A DNA stretch of 64,000 nucleotides from Methanomassiliicoccaceae archaeon (lineage in GTDB: Archaea; Thermoplasmatota; Thermoplasmata; Methanomassiliicoccales; Methanomassiliicoccaceae): NCBI GenBank assembly GCA_040776945.1, contig JAXGZN010000001.1:640001-704000 (forward strand). Direction: 5' to 3'. The position numbers and the translations under genes were made by a program. The notes below the pieces were generated by a model that was given only the letters and a program-made list of their open reading frames with translations, was not told the origin of the DNA and did not search any database. Within the stretch, counting starts at the first letter, position 1; each line of letters opens with the position of its first letter. Positions 20,189-29,355 of the stretch are shown piece by piece.

Positions 20189-20899
20189 ATGGGCGATTTC
20201 AGGGTCGTTCTGGTCGAGCCAGAACATGAAGGGAACGTCGGGGCGGTGGCCCGGGCGATGGGCAACTTCGCCTTCGACGACCTGTGCATGGTCAACCCCT
20301 GCCCCCTCGGGGACGAGGCGCTCAAGCGGGCGAAGCATGCCGGGCATATTCTCAGCAAAGCGGCCATTGTCGACACTCTCGATGAGGCGGTCAAGGGATG
20401 CTCCCTCGTGGTGGGGACGACCGGCGTGGTGACCCACGGCCCGAGGCGGTACATCCGGATACCGATGCCCGCGCGCGAGCTCGCGGCGAAGACCGCGGGC
20501 TACGAGGGGCGCATCGCCCTGCTGTTCGGCCGCGAGGGCCTCGGGCTCACGCAGGACGAGCTGGCAAGGTGCGATCTGCTGGCCCATGTGCCATCGAGCG
20601 ATGAATACCCCACTTTGAACCTGTCGCACGCGGTGAGCATCGTTCTCTACGAGCTGTACCAGACCCGCGGCCACCGCCTATCCAGGAACCCGGTGTCCTC
20701 GGAGGAGGAGCGCGAGCTCCTGCACAAGTACTTCGCTCGCCTCCTGGTGGCGATCGACTACCCCGAGTTTCGCAGAGAGAACACCGCGACGATGTTCCGC
20801 CGGATGATGGGCCGGAGCGTCCCGACCAAGTGGGAGTTCTACACCATCATGGGCGTCATCGGGGATGCTGCCAGGATCATCGAGAAGCACAAGAGGTGA
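20189..20899 (+). CDS. trmJ: SPOUT tRNA methyltransferase, TrmJ family
   Basis: VLVEP..GNVGAVARAMGNF, LFGREGLGL, YPTLNLSHAV. Confidence 0.85.
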   Translation: MGDFRVVLVEPEHEGNVGAVARAMGNFAFDDLCMVNPCPLGDEALKRAKHAGHILSKAAIVDTLDEAVKGCSLVVGTTGVVTHGPRRYIRIPMPARELAAKTAGYEGRIALLFGREGLGLTQDELARCDLLAHVPSSDEYPTLNLSHAVSIVLYELYQTRGHRLSRNPVSSEEERELLHKYFARLLVAIDYPEFRRENTATMFRRMMGRSVPTKWEFYTIMGVIGDAARIIEKHKR

Positions 20900-21943
20900 T
20901 CAGTACCTTCGAGGCTGGGCGACCAGCTCCTCTAGGGTGTCGTCCAGCTCCTTTCGCTCCTTGGAACGCTTCCCCTCCTTGGGCGCCAGCTCCCGGATGC
21001 CGGTGATCACCGCCATCACCCTGATGATGTCCTTGCACTCTGGGTCGACCCTAGCTCCAAAGATCACCTGGGCCTCGGGGTCCAGTTGCTCGCTCATGCC
21101 CGTGAGGACCCTGGTCGCCTTCTTCACCGAGAGCTTCTCGCCCCCGGTCACGTGGATCAACGCGCCGGTAGCGCCCTCGTAGTCGATCTCCAGCAGGGGG
21201 TTGCTCAGCGCCTCGCGCACCGCTCCCTCGGGGTCGGTGCTCTCGCCGTACAGGATGGTGGACACGCCCTTGTGGCGCATAATGGTCCTCAGGTCCGCGA
21301 AGTCCAGGTTCACCAGCGAGGGCATGGTGACCGCCTCGACCAACCCCTTGATGATCTCCGAGACCAACTGGTCCATGACCCCGAAGCCCTGCTCCATGGG
21401 CAGGTGATTGACCATGTCCAGCAGGCGGTTGTTGTCCAGGAGCAGCATCATGTCGGAGTTCTCGTTCAGCCTACTGATGCCTTGGCGCGCAGATGACATC
21501 CTCCGGCCGCGCTCGAACTCGAACGGCGTGGTGGCCATCGATATCACCAGGGAACCGTTCCTCCTCGCCTGCCTGGCCACCACGGGCGCGGCACCTGTCC
21601 CGGTGCCGCCGCCCAGGCCCACGGTGATGAAGGTGAGGTCGGCGTCCTGGAGGATCGCGTTCAGCGGTTCCAGGGCGTTCTCCATGCACGCCTCCCCCAC
21701 GTCAGGGATGCCTCCGGCACCGAGGCCGCGGGTGACCTGGCTACCGATGAGCAGTCTCTGGTCGGCGTTGATGGTCCGGAGGTGGCTCTTGTCGGTGTTG
21801 ACCGCCACGGTCTTGACGCCGCGTATACCGATGCTCATCAGGCGATGCACGCTGTTGCAGCCGCCTCCGCCGCACCCGATGACCAGTATCTTTAGGTCTG
21901 CGCATTCTCGACGCAGTTCCTCCTCGGTATCGCTTGGACTCAC
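20900..21943 (-). CDS. ftsZ: Cell division protein FtsZ (FtsZ2 type)
   Basis: GCGGGGCN, GLGGGTGTG, NLDFAD; downstream of a CdrS-like gene. Confidence 0.92.
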   Translation of the reverse strand: MSPSDTEEELRRECADLKILVIGCGGGGCNSVHRLMSIGIRGVKTVAVNTDKSHLRTINADQRLLIGSQVTRGLGAGGIPDVGEACMENALEPLNAILQDADLTFITVGLGGGTGTGAAPVVARQARRNGSLVISMATTPFEFERGRRMSSARQGISRLNENSDMMLLLDNNRLLDMVNHLPMEQGFGVMDQLVSEIIKGLVEAVTMPSLVNLDFADLRTIMRHKGVSTILYGESTDPEGAVREALSNPLLEIDYEGATGALIHVTGGEKLSVKKATRVLTGMSEQLDPEAQVIFGARVDPECKDIIRVMAVITGIRELAPKEGKRSKERKELDDTLEELVAQPRRY

Positions 21944-21983
21944 AGGACCGCCTCCGCTCTCATCCCGGAAGGGATGGACGCGG

Positions 21984-22292
21984 CTAGTGACCTTCCTCCA
22001 TCTTGGTCAGCCTTCTTCTCGTGTACTCTCTCACCGCGTTCCTTATCGCATCATCGATGGAGACCGAATCCCCATCTTTCACCAGGCACTCGAGCTCCAC
22101 CACGTTGCCCTTCGGCAGCTCCACGGTCACCCTCTCGATGTGCTCCGGGGTGAAGTTGCTCTCCACGAAGCTGTCAATGGCCGCGCGGATGGCGTCAGAG
22201 ATTGTGGGGAACCTGCCCTCCTTGACAAGTAAGCCCAGCGCCTCGACCTTGTCGCTCGGTATCCTGATGGTGATCCTTTCCGTCTCGCTCAT
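21984..22292 (-). CDS. cdrS: Ribbon-helix-helix regulator, CdrS-like, two tandem RHH units
   Basis: ERITIRIP..LV.EGRFP..SDAIR repeated as ERVTVELP..LVKDG..DAIR; cdrS-ftsZ2 synteny is known in euryarchaea. Confidence 0.75.
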   Translation of the reverse strand: MSETERITIRIPSDKVEALGLLVKEGRFPTISDAIRAAIDSFVESNFTPEHIERVTVELPKGNVVELECLVKDGDSVSIDDAIRNAVREYTRRRLTKMEEGH

Positions 22293-22310
22293 GCTTACCG
22301 CTCGAGAGTA

Positions 22311-22341
22311 TGTCCGACGATATTGACAATTTTGTCGGACA
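22311..22341. promoter_or_regulatory. Inverted-repeat operator candidate upstream of cdrS-ftsZ2
   Basis: TGTCCGAC-N15-GTCGGACA between an AT-rich TATA-like region and the cdrS start. Confidence 0.5.
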
Positions 22342-22586
22342 ATCGTCATTATAGTATATTGACTATATAAGATTATAGAGCCGGCTCTCAGATAGCCAGC
22401 GGGACGGCCGACCATTAGGCCTCATTTATTCATATGATCGTATCAAAACTCTCGCCGGCCGGTGGCGTCGGACGCCGAGCTTCCGGGGAAGGATCGAGCG
22501 CTCTGTCCGTCTGGACTGTCCTTTCATACTTAAGCTAACGCAAAAGCTTTATAAAGGTATATAAATACGCAGGTCCAGGTGACCTT

Positions 22587-23135
22587 ATGGCCAAGATAAA
22601 AATCGAGAACGTCGTCGCTTCCACGTCCCTGGGTGAGGAGCTTGACCTGCAGGCGATCGCTCTGGCCCTGGAGGGCGCGGAGTACGAGCCGGAGCAGTTC
22701 CCCGGTCTTATCTACAGATTGAAGGAGCCTAAGACCGCGACCCTGCTGTTCCGGAGCGGCAAGGTCGTGTGCACCGGGGCCAAGAGCCTGGAGCATGTGA
22801 AGGTGGCCATCAACAAGGTCGCCAAGCAGATCGAGAAGGCCGGCATCAAGATCAAGATGGAGCCTAAGGTCGAGGTCCAGAACATCGTCGCCTCCTCCGA
22901 CCTCGGCCAGGAGATCAATTTGAACGCGATAGCGATATCGCTTGGCCTGGAGCGCGTGGAGTACGAGCCGGAGCAGTTCCCCGGCCTGGTGTATCGCTTG
23001 GACGAGCCGAAGGTCGTCGTCCTCCTGTTCGGCTCCGGAAAGCTCGTGTGCACTGGCGCGAGGAAGCCGCAGGACGTCGAGGCCGCGGTCAGCAAGATCA
23101 CCGAGGAACTCAAGGCGGCGGGGCTGCTGCGCTGA
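22587..23135 (+). CDS. tbp: TATA-box binding protein
   Basis: Two repeats of YEPEQFPGL.YRL.EPK..LLF.SGK.VCTGA. Confidence 0.97.
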   Translation: MAKIKIENVVASTSLGEELDLQAIALALEGAEYEPEQFPGLIYRLKEPKTATLLFRSGKVVCTGAKSLEHVKVAINKVAKQIEKAGIKIKMEPKVEVQNIVASSDLGQEINLNAIAISLGLERVEYEPEQFPGLVYRLDEPKVVVLLFGSGKLVCTGARKPQDVEAAVSKITEELKAAGLLR

Positions 23136-23974
23136 GCGCCTTAACGGTTTTCGACAACCATATTCACCTCCAGCCCTCCGGAGGGGGGGTGGAGGCTATG
23201 AAGGTCTTTTTTCGGGCAGGGGGGACGCACGCGGTGCTCTGCCATCTGCCATATGCCGAGGTGCCCATCGGCTCCGGCGCGGACTTCGCGGAATCGTACC
23301 GCATCACCCTGAGGATGGCGGAAAGGGTGAACGGCGAGACGGACGCCAGGGTCTTCGCCTGCGTAGGGCCGTATCCGATGCTGCTCATCGGCCTGGCGGA
23401 GCGTTTCGGCCTTGAGCGTGCGGTGGACATCATGAAGGCCGGGATGGAGGAGGCGCAGACGCTGGTGCTCGAAAGAAGGGCGGTAGCGATAGGAGAGATC
23501 GGAAGGCCTCACTTCCCGGTGAGCGCGGGCATCATGGATGCATCGAACGACATAATGCGCTACGGGATGGAGCTGGCCAGGGAGGCGTCCTGCCCGGTGG
23601 TCCTGCACACCGAGAGCGCCGATCCCGCGGTCATGGCCGATCTGGCACGAATCGCTGACCGCGCCGGGCTGGGCAGGGAGAGGGTCATCAAGCACTACTC
23701 ACCGCCGCTGGTGCTGGAGGAGGAGAACCATGGGCTGTTCCCGTCGGTCCTCGCCAGCAGGCAGGCGGTCCTCGAGGCCCTGTCCAAGGGCGACCGGTTC
23801 GTCATGGAGACCGATTTTCTGGACGACCCGTCCCGCCCCGGTGCGGTGATGAGCATCAACACCGTTCCGAAGCGGACCAAGGCCCTGCTGTCGTCCGGAG
23901 AGCTGAGCGTGGAGCGGGCGATGCGCATCCACAAGGACAATCCAGAGCGGCTTTACGGCATAACGCTGGAATGA
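23132..23974 (+). CDS. TatD-family metal-dependent hydrolase
   Basis: DNHIH, GEIGRPHF, LHTE, KHY, METDFLDD..RPGAV; start uncertain (possible CTG at 23132). Confidence 0.85.
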   Translation: MSALTVFDNHIHLQPSGGGVEAMKVFFRAGGTHAVLCHLPYAEVPIGSGADFAESYRITLRMAERVNGETDARVFACVGPYPMLLIGLAERFGLERAVDIMKAGMEEAQTLVLERRAVAIGEIGRPHFPVSAGIMDASNDIMRYGMELAREASCPVVLHTESADPAVMADLARIADRAGLGRERVIKHYSPPLVLEEENHGLFPSVLASRQAVLEALSKGDRFVMETDFLDDPSRPGAVMSINTVPKRTKALLSSGELSVERAMRIHKDNPERLYGITLE

Positions 23975-23975
23975 C

Positions 23976-24251
23976 CTAGTGGCGGATGGAGAAGGAGTCG
24001 AAATCCCCTGTGCCCGGAGACCAGTCCACGACGAACCGCTCCACCTCGGCGACCGGGTGCTCAGAGCACAGTCTGTGTACGACCCGCTCGATGTCCGGCC
24101 TCTCGCCCTCGAACACCGCCTCCACCGACCCGTCCGGCAGGTTGCGGACCCAGCCATGAACGCCAGCGGCGATCGCATATCGCCGGGCATAGGCGCGGAA
24201 GGACACTCCCTGGACCTTCCCATAGAACCTCACCTCGGCCCTCGCTATCAT
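23976..24251 (-). CDS. acyP: Acylphosphatase
   Basis: GKVQGVSFR, GWVRNLPDGSVEAVFEG; ATG at 24251. Confidence 0.92.
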   Translation of the reverse strand: MIARAEVRFYGKVQGVSFRAYARRYAIAAGVHGWVRNLPDGSVEAVFEGERPDIERVVHRLCSEHPVAEVERFVVDWSPGTGDFDSFSIRH

Positions 24252-24513
24252 ATACTGGTGATGGGCCGGGCTTCCTATGTAAGTGTTGGGCTGGCCGTCC
24301 CTTCCGGTGAGCGGTGGTGCCTGACGCCGCGTTCCGGTCCACGGCCTTCCGGCTTCGTCGAGGCCTCCCCGCAGTTCTCCGGCGATGGAACGAAACGGCC
24401 TGTCGTCCATTCGCCCGATCGCGGAGAGGGCTCTCCCTGGGTGTGAGAAGATAAAAATCCTGTGTCAATTTATTAATACCTAAAATGGGATTTTACCGAA
24501 CAAGGGATGCACT

Positions 24514-25647
24514 ATGAAATCTTTGGTCGAGGAAGCGCTGGCTAGAGAGAGCGCTACCGGAGGCTCGTTCGGGCCCTCGGTCGCGCCCATAAGACCTGGC
24601 GTCCAGCAGGCGAGCTCCGCGGACGCGGAACTACTGGACCTTCTGCAGAAGCTTAAGACGAACATCAAGATCATCGGCTGCGGGGGCGGCGGATCGAACA
24701 CCATCAACAGGATAGCCCAGGAAGGCATCACCGGTGCCGAGCTGTATGCCGCGAACACCGACGCCCAGCACCTGCTGGCGGTGCGCTCGCCTCACAAGGT
24801 GCTGCTGGGCCGCAGGTCCACCCGGGGCCTCGGGGCCGGAGCGCTCCCCAAGGTCGGGGAGGAGTCGGCCATGGAAGCTGAGGAGGAGCTCCGCAAGGCC
24901 CTCATCGACGCCAACATCGTGTTCGTCACCGCGGGCATGGGCGGCGGCACCGGGACCGGATCGGCGCCCTATGTGGCCAAGATCGCCAAGGACATCGGCG
25001 CGCTGACCATCGCCGTGACCACCCTGCCCTTCAGGGGCGAGGGGAAGATGAGGATGGAGAACGCCGAGTGGGGGCTGGAACGGCTGAGGAACGCGGCCGA
25101 TACTGTGATCGTGATCCCCAACGACAAGCTGCTGGAGCTGTGCCCGAGGCTGTCCATCAACGCTGCGTTCAAGGTCGCGGACGAGGTCCTTATGCGCGCC
25201 ATCAAGGGCATCACCGAGCTGATAACGAAACCCGGCCTGGTCAACCTGGACTTCAACGATGTCAAGACCATCATGAAGGGCGCCGGCGTGGCCATGATCG
25301 GATTGGGAGAGAGCAACGGGCAGACCGAGGACCGGGCCATGGAGGCGATCGAGGATGCCCTGAACTCGCCGCTGCTGGACGTGGACATAGGCTCCGCCAC
25401 CGGAGTGCTGGTTAACGTCGTCGGCGGAGGGGACATGACCATCCAGGAGGCGCAGAAGGTGGCCGAGGTGCTCCAGTCCAAGGTGCAGCCGAGCGCGCGC
25501 ATCATCTGGGGCGCCGCCATAGACCCCACCCTCGATCATAAGATCAGGGTCATGGTGGTCATCACCGGGGTCAAGTCAAAGCAGATCCTCGGCCGCGCGA
25601 GGGAGACCTCGAGGCTGAAGGACACGGACGTCGACTTCATCAAGTGA
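24514..25647 (+). CDS. ftsZ: Cell division protein FtsZ (FtsZ1 type, paralogue a)
   Basis: [27 protein letters not shown]-terminal DVDFIK. Confidence 0.96.
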   Translation: MKSLVEEALARESATGGSFGPSVAPIRPGVQQASSADAELLDLLQKLKTNIKIIGCGGGGSNTINRIAQEGITGAELYAANTDAQHLLAVRSPHKVLLGRRSTRGLGAGALPKVGEESAMEAEEELRKALIDANIVFVTAGMGGGTGTGSAPYVAKIAKDIGALTIAVTTLPFRGEGKMRMENAEWGLERLRNAADTVIVIPNDKLLELCPRLSINAAFKVADEVLMRAIKGITELITKPGLVNLDFNDVKTIMKGAGVAMIGLGESNGQTEDRAMEAIEDALNSPLLDVDIGSATGVLVNVVGGGDMTIQEAQKVAEVLQSKVQPSARIIWGAAIDPTLDHKIRVMVVITGVKSKQILGRARETSRLKDTDVDFIK

Positions 25648-25834
25648 GCGGGCATGGATGAGGATCTAGCATAGCGCACCTCCGGGCCGGGGCCCTCCCG
25701 GCCCGTTTTTGCCCCGACCAGATAATGTCTGGAACGTGTGACTGGCACCGAAACCTTTTAAACTATAAATGCTTCTTAACCCTCGCCCGGGCTACCAGTA
25801 TTGATTAGGCTGGCCTTGCCCAGGAGGGCTTATA

Positions 25835-26941
25835 ATGAAGTCATTCCTCAGTGACGCCATATCCCGCGCTGGTGCCCAGGGCGGGGATCTCGGTCCCACC
25901 TACAGCAACGAGTACTCCTCGGCCGACCAGGAGCTAGTACGGATACTGGAGAGCCTGAAGACCAACATCAAGATCATCGGCTGCGGGGGCGGAGGAACCA
26001 ACACCATCGACCGGCTCTCCGAGGTGGGCATCATGGGGGCCGAGATCTACGCCGCGAACACCGACGCCCAGCACCTGCTGGCGGTGCGATCGCCGCACAA
26101 GCTTCTCCTCGGCCGAAGGTCGACGAGGGGGCTCGGGGCCGGGGCGCTGCCCCAGGTGGGAGAGGAAGCGGCCAGGGAAGCAGAGGATGAGCTGAGGAAG
26201 ATCCTGACCGGATCGGACATCGTCTTCGTCACCGCGGGCATGGGCGGCGGCACCGGGACCGGATCGGCGCCCTACGTTGCCAAGCTCGCCAAGGACATGG
26301 GCGCGCTGACCATCGCGGTGGTCACCTACCCGTTCAAGGCCGAAGGGGTCATCCGCTCGGAGAACGCTGAGTGGGGATTGGAGAAGCTCAGGCAGGCGGC
26401 GGACACCGTCATCGTGGTGCCGAACGACAAGCTGCTGGAGCTGTGCCCCCGGTTGGCGCTGAACGCCGCGTTCAAGGTGGCGGACGAGGTTCTGGTCCGC
26501 GCCATCAAGGGCATCACCGAGCTGATAACGAAACCCGGCCTGGTCAACCTGGACTTCAATGATCTGAAGACGATCATGAAGGGTGCCGGCGTGGCCATGA
26601 TCGGCATGGGAGAAGGTGACGATGATGACCGCGTCGAGCACGCGATCGGCGAGGCCATCAACTCTCCGCTCATAGACGTGGACATATCCGGCGCCACCGG
26701 CGCCCTGGTCAACGTGAGCGGCGGCGACAACATGAGCATCTCCGAGGCGGAGAAGGTCGCCGAGATCATCCAGAGCAAGATCGCCCCCAACGCTAGGATC
26801 ATCTGGGGAGCGGCGGTCGACCCCACCCTCAGGGACACTGTCAGGGTCATGGTGGTCATCACCGGGGTCAAATCGAAGAACATCATCGGTCCGCGCGAGG
26901 AAAGGTCCAAAAGGGTGGTAGACGTCGACTTTATTAAGTAG
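25835..26941 (+). CDS. ftsZ: Cell division protein FtsZ (FtsZ1 type, paralogue b)
   Basis: Same motifs; canonical position upstream of secE-spt5-L11. Confidence 0.96.
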   Translation: MKSFLSDAISRAGAQGGDLGPTYSNEYSSADQELVRILESLKTNIKIIGCGGGGTNTIDRLSEVGIMGAEIYAANTDAQHLLAVRSPHKLLLGRRSTRGLGAGALPQVGEEAAREAEDELRKILTGSDIVFVTAGMGGGTGTGSAPYVAKLAKDMGALTIAVVTYPFKAEGVIRSENAEWGLEKLRQAADTVIVVPNDKLLELCPRLALNAAFKVADEVLVRAIKGITELITKPGLVNLDFNDLKTIMKGAGVAMIGMGEGDDDDRVEHAIGEAINSPLIDVDISGATGALVNVSGGDNMSISEAEKVAEIIQSKIAPNARIIWGAAVDPTLRDTVRVMVVITGVKSKNIIGPREERSKRVVDVDFIK

Positions 26942-26987
26942 TTGTCTCTAACCTACCGCACGAATCACCACCGAAGGGTGTCATAAG

Positions 26988-27212
26988 ATGGACGTTGTGG
27001 AGAAGTCCTGGGAAGTCCAAAAGGACATCGAGGAGCGGGTCCAGAGGATCGGCAAGGGCAAGTACGGCCGAGTCATCAAGATGGCCCGCAAGCCCTCCAC
27101 CGATGAGTACATCAAGGTCGTCCAGATCACCGGTCTCGGCCTTCTGCTTATCGGCGGGGTAGGCTTTCTCATCTACTGGTTGATGACGTACCTCCCAACG
27201 TACTTCGGCTGA
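26988..27212 (+). CDS. secE: Protein translocase SecE/Sec61-gamma
   Basis: [15 protein letters not shown], single [15 protein letters not shown]. Confidence 0.92.
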   Translation: MDVVEKSWEVQKDIEERVQRIGKGKYGRVIKMARKPSTDEYIKVVQITGLGLLLIGGVGFLIYWLMTYLPTYFG

Positions 27213-27237
27213 CCAGCCTCGTTCAGGATTGATTGAC

Positions 27238-28113
27238 ATGAAGGAAGATCAACAGGCCGTAGCCGCCTCCGCGGGAGGCAGCGGCATGCTCTCATTCGTA
27301 GGAAAGGGCGGGGAGGCCAAGGTGCCCGCCTCTGGCTCGACCAGCTGGAGCTTTCAGCTCAAGAGCAAGGAGCCCGCCAAGAAGAAGGTCCGCATGAAGG
27401 TGTCCATAGTCCTTACCCCGGCGGACGCGGCGGAGTGGGCGGTCCGCCTCTACGACGCCACCGGAAGCTCGCTCTTCGATACTCACAGCTCGCAGTCGCA
27501 TCCGGAGTTCGACTTCTTCCTGGAAGGCGCCAAGCCCAAGGAGCTGAGGCTGGAGGCCCATGCCCCGGTCGGCTCCGCCTACCAGGACAAGATCGATGTA
27601 GTGCTGGAGGCCTGCCTGGTGGAGTCGCCGTCGGAGTGCGACCGGCTGGAGTTCCTCGCCGAGGCCAGGCAGTCCATCCTCGCGCTCAAGACCTCCATAG
27701 GTCACGAGAGGGACGTCGCCGACGGCATAAGCGCGCGGGCCAAGTCCGGCCGGTCGGACATCTCCGCCATTCTCGCTCCTACCAACCTGCGAGGGTACGT
27801 GCTCATCGAAGGCATGAACACCGACCGCATGAGGGACGCGGTGAAGGGCGTGCGCAAGGCGCACAGCTTCGTCGACGGGGAGATGAACTTCAACGAGATC
27901 GACCACTACCTCGCGCCCAAGCCCCTGGTCTCCGGCATCACCGAGGGCGACGTGGTCGAGCTGGTGGCCGGGCCGTTCAAGGGCGAGAAAGCCAGGGTTC
28001 AGAACATCGACGAGGCCAAGGAGGAGATCACCGTGGAGCTGTTCGAGGCGATGGTCCCCATCCCGGTCACGGTCCGCGGAGACCATGTCAGGGTTCTAGA
28101 GAAAGACAGGTGA
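27238..28113 (+). CDS. spt5: Transcription elongation factor Spt5 with ~145-aa N-terminal extra domain
   Basis: KTSIGHE, LRGYVLIE (NGN domain) and GDVVELVAGPFKGEKARV (KOW). Confidence 0.92.
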   Translation: MKEDQQAVAASAGGSGMLSFVGKGGEAKVPASGSTSWSFQLKSKEPAKKKVRMKVSIVLTPADAAEWAVRLYDATGSSLFDTHSSQSHPEFDFFLEGAKPKELRLEAHAPVGSAYQDKIDVVLEACLVESPSECDRLEFLAEARQSILALKTSIGHERDVADGISARAKSGRSDISAILAPTNLRGYVLIEGMNTDRMRDAVKGVRKAHSFVDGEMNFNEIDHYLAPKPLVSGITEGDVVELVAGPFKGEKARVQNIDEAKEEITVELFEAMVPIPVTVRGDHVRVLEKDR

Positions 28114-28119
28114 AGCTAT

Positions 28120-28599
28120 ATGGCAGATACAGTGGAAGTGCTAGTTGAAGGCGGCCGGGCTACCCCCGGCCAGCCGCTGGGCCCGGCCCTCGGCCCCCTG
28201 GGGGTCAATATCCCCAAGATCGTCGCCGAGATCAACAACAAGACCCGGGCGTTCGACGGGATGAAGGTCCCGGTCAAGATCATCATCGATTCCAAGACCA
28301 AGGACTTCGAGATCAAGGTCGGCACCCCGCCCACCGCTTCGCTCATCACCAAGGAGCTGGGAGTGGAGAAGGGCAGCGGGTCACCCAAGACGAGCAAGAT
28401 CGGCAACCTGAGCATCGCCCAGGCCATCAAGATCGCCGAGATGAAGGGCGACTCCTTGATGGGCAAGGACCTCAAGATGCGCGTACTGGAGGTCGTCGGC
28501 ACCTGCACCTCGATTGGCGTTACCATCGAGGGGATGGAGCCGAAGACGGCCCGCAACGAGATACTGGCCGGCAAGTTCGACCAGCAGCTCGTCCAGTGA
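28120..28599 (+). CDS. rpl11: 50S ribosomal protein L11
   Basis: GGRATPG.PLGPALGPLGVN, VGTPPTA. Confidence 0.97.
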   Translation: MADTVEVLVEGGRATPGQPLGPALGPLGVNIPKIVAEINNKTRAFDGMKVPVKIIIDSKTKDFEIKVGTPPTASLITKELGVEKGSGSPKTSKIGNLSIAQAIKIAEMKGDSLMGKDLKMRVLEVVGTCTSIGVTIEGMEPKTARNEILAGKFDQQLVQ

Positions 28600-28705
28600 A
28601 CGGGGCCCTGCCCCCATCCAAAACATTTTTAAGCATCTCCCTATTAAGGGAACCCGCACTGTAGGAGAGCTTCATTGCTCAATTGCACTACAGGAGGTAT
28701 CTTAT

Positions 28706-29344
28706 TTGGTAGAGAAAACAACCCTAGCGGCCGTCAAGAAGGCCCTTGAGTCCTCCCCCAAGAGGAACTTCAAGGAGTCTGTTGACCTGGCCATAAACCT
28801 CAGGGATGTGGACCTGTCCGTTCCCAAGAACAGGATACAGGAAGACGTTGTTCTGCCACATGGAAGGGGTAAGGCGCTCAGGGTCTGCGTAATCGGTGGC
28901 GCCGAGCTTGCCGCGAAGGCAAGGGACGTCGCCGACATGGTGATCACTCCCGATGAACTGGGAAAGATAGCCGATGACAAGAAGCAGGCCAAGAAGGTCG
29001 CCTCTCAGGTCGATTATTTCATCGCCGAGGCCCCCTTGATGCCCCAGATCGGTAAGCGTTTGGGTATCGTCCTCGCGCCGAGAGGAAAGATGCCCAAGCC
29101 CATACCGCCAGGGGCAGACCCCGCGCCCCTGATCGACAACCTGCGAAAGTCCGTATCGGTCCGCACCAAGGACCGCAAGACCTTCCAGGCTCCGGTCGGG
29201 ACGGTGGACATGACCCCCGAGCAGATTGCAGAGAACGTCGACGCCGTCCTAAAGAGGGTGATCGGCAAGCTAGAGAAAGGCAAGATGAATATCGACTCGG
29301 CCTATGTCAAGACGACCATGGGTCCGTCGGAGAGACTGATCTAG
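28706..29344 (+). CDS. rpl1: 50S ribosomal protein L1
   Basis: KRNFKESVDL, LPHGRG, LAPRGKMP, VKTTMGP; TTG start after GGAGG. Confidence 0.96.
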   Translation: MVEKTTLAAVKKALESSPKRNFKESVDLAINLRDVDLSVPKNRIQEDVVLPHGRGKALRVCVIGGAELAAKARDVADMVITPDELGKIADDKKQAKKVASQVDYFIAEAPLMPQIGKRLGIVLAPRGKMPKPIPPGADPAPLIDNLRKSVSVRTKDRKTFQAPVGTVDMTPEQIAENVDAVLKRVIGKLEKGKMNIDSAYVKTTMGPSERLI

Positions 29345-29355
29345 GAGGCATCAAG

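Noticed and set aside
24255-24445. SRP RNA or RNase P RNA call
   Set aside because: Too short and lacking the universal motifs; kept only as an unassigned ncRNA candidate.
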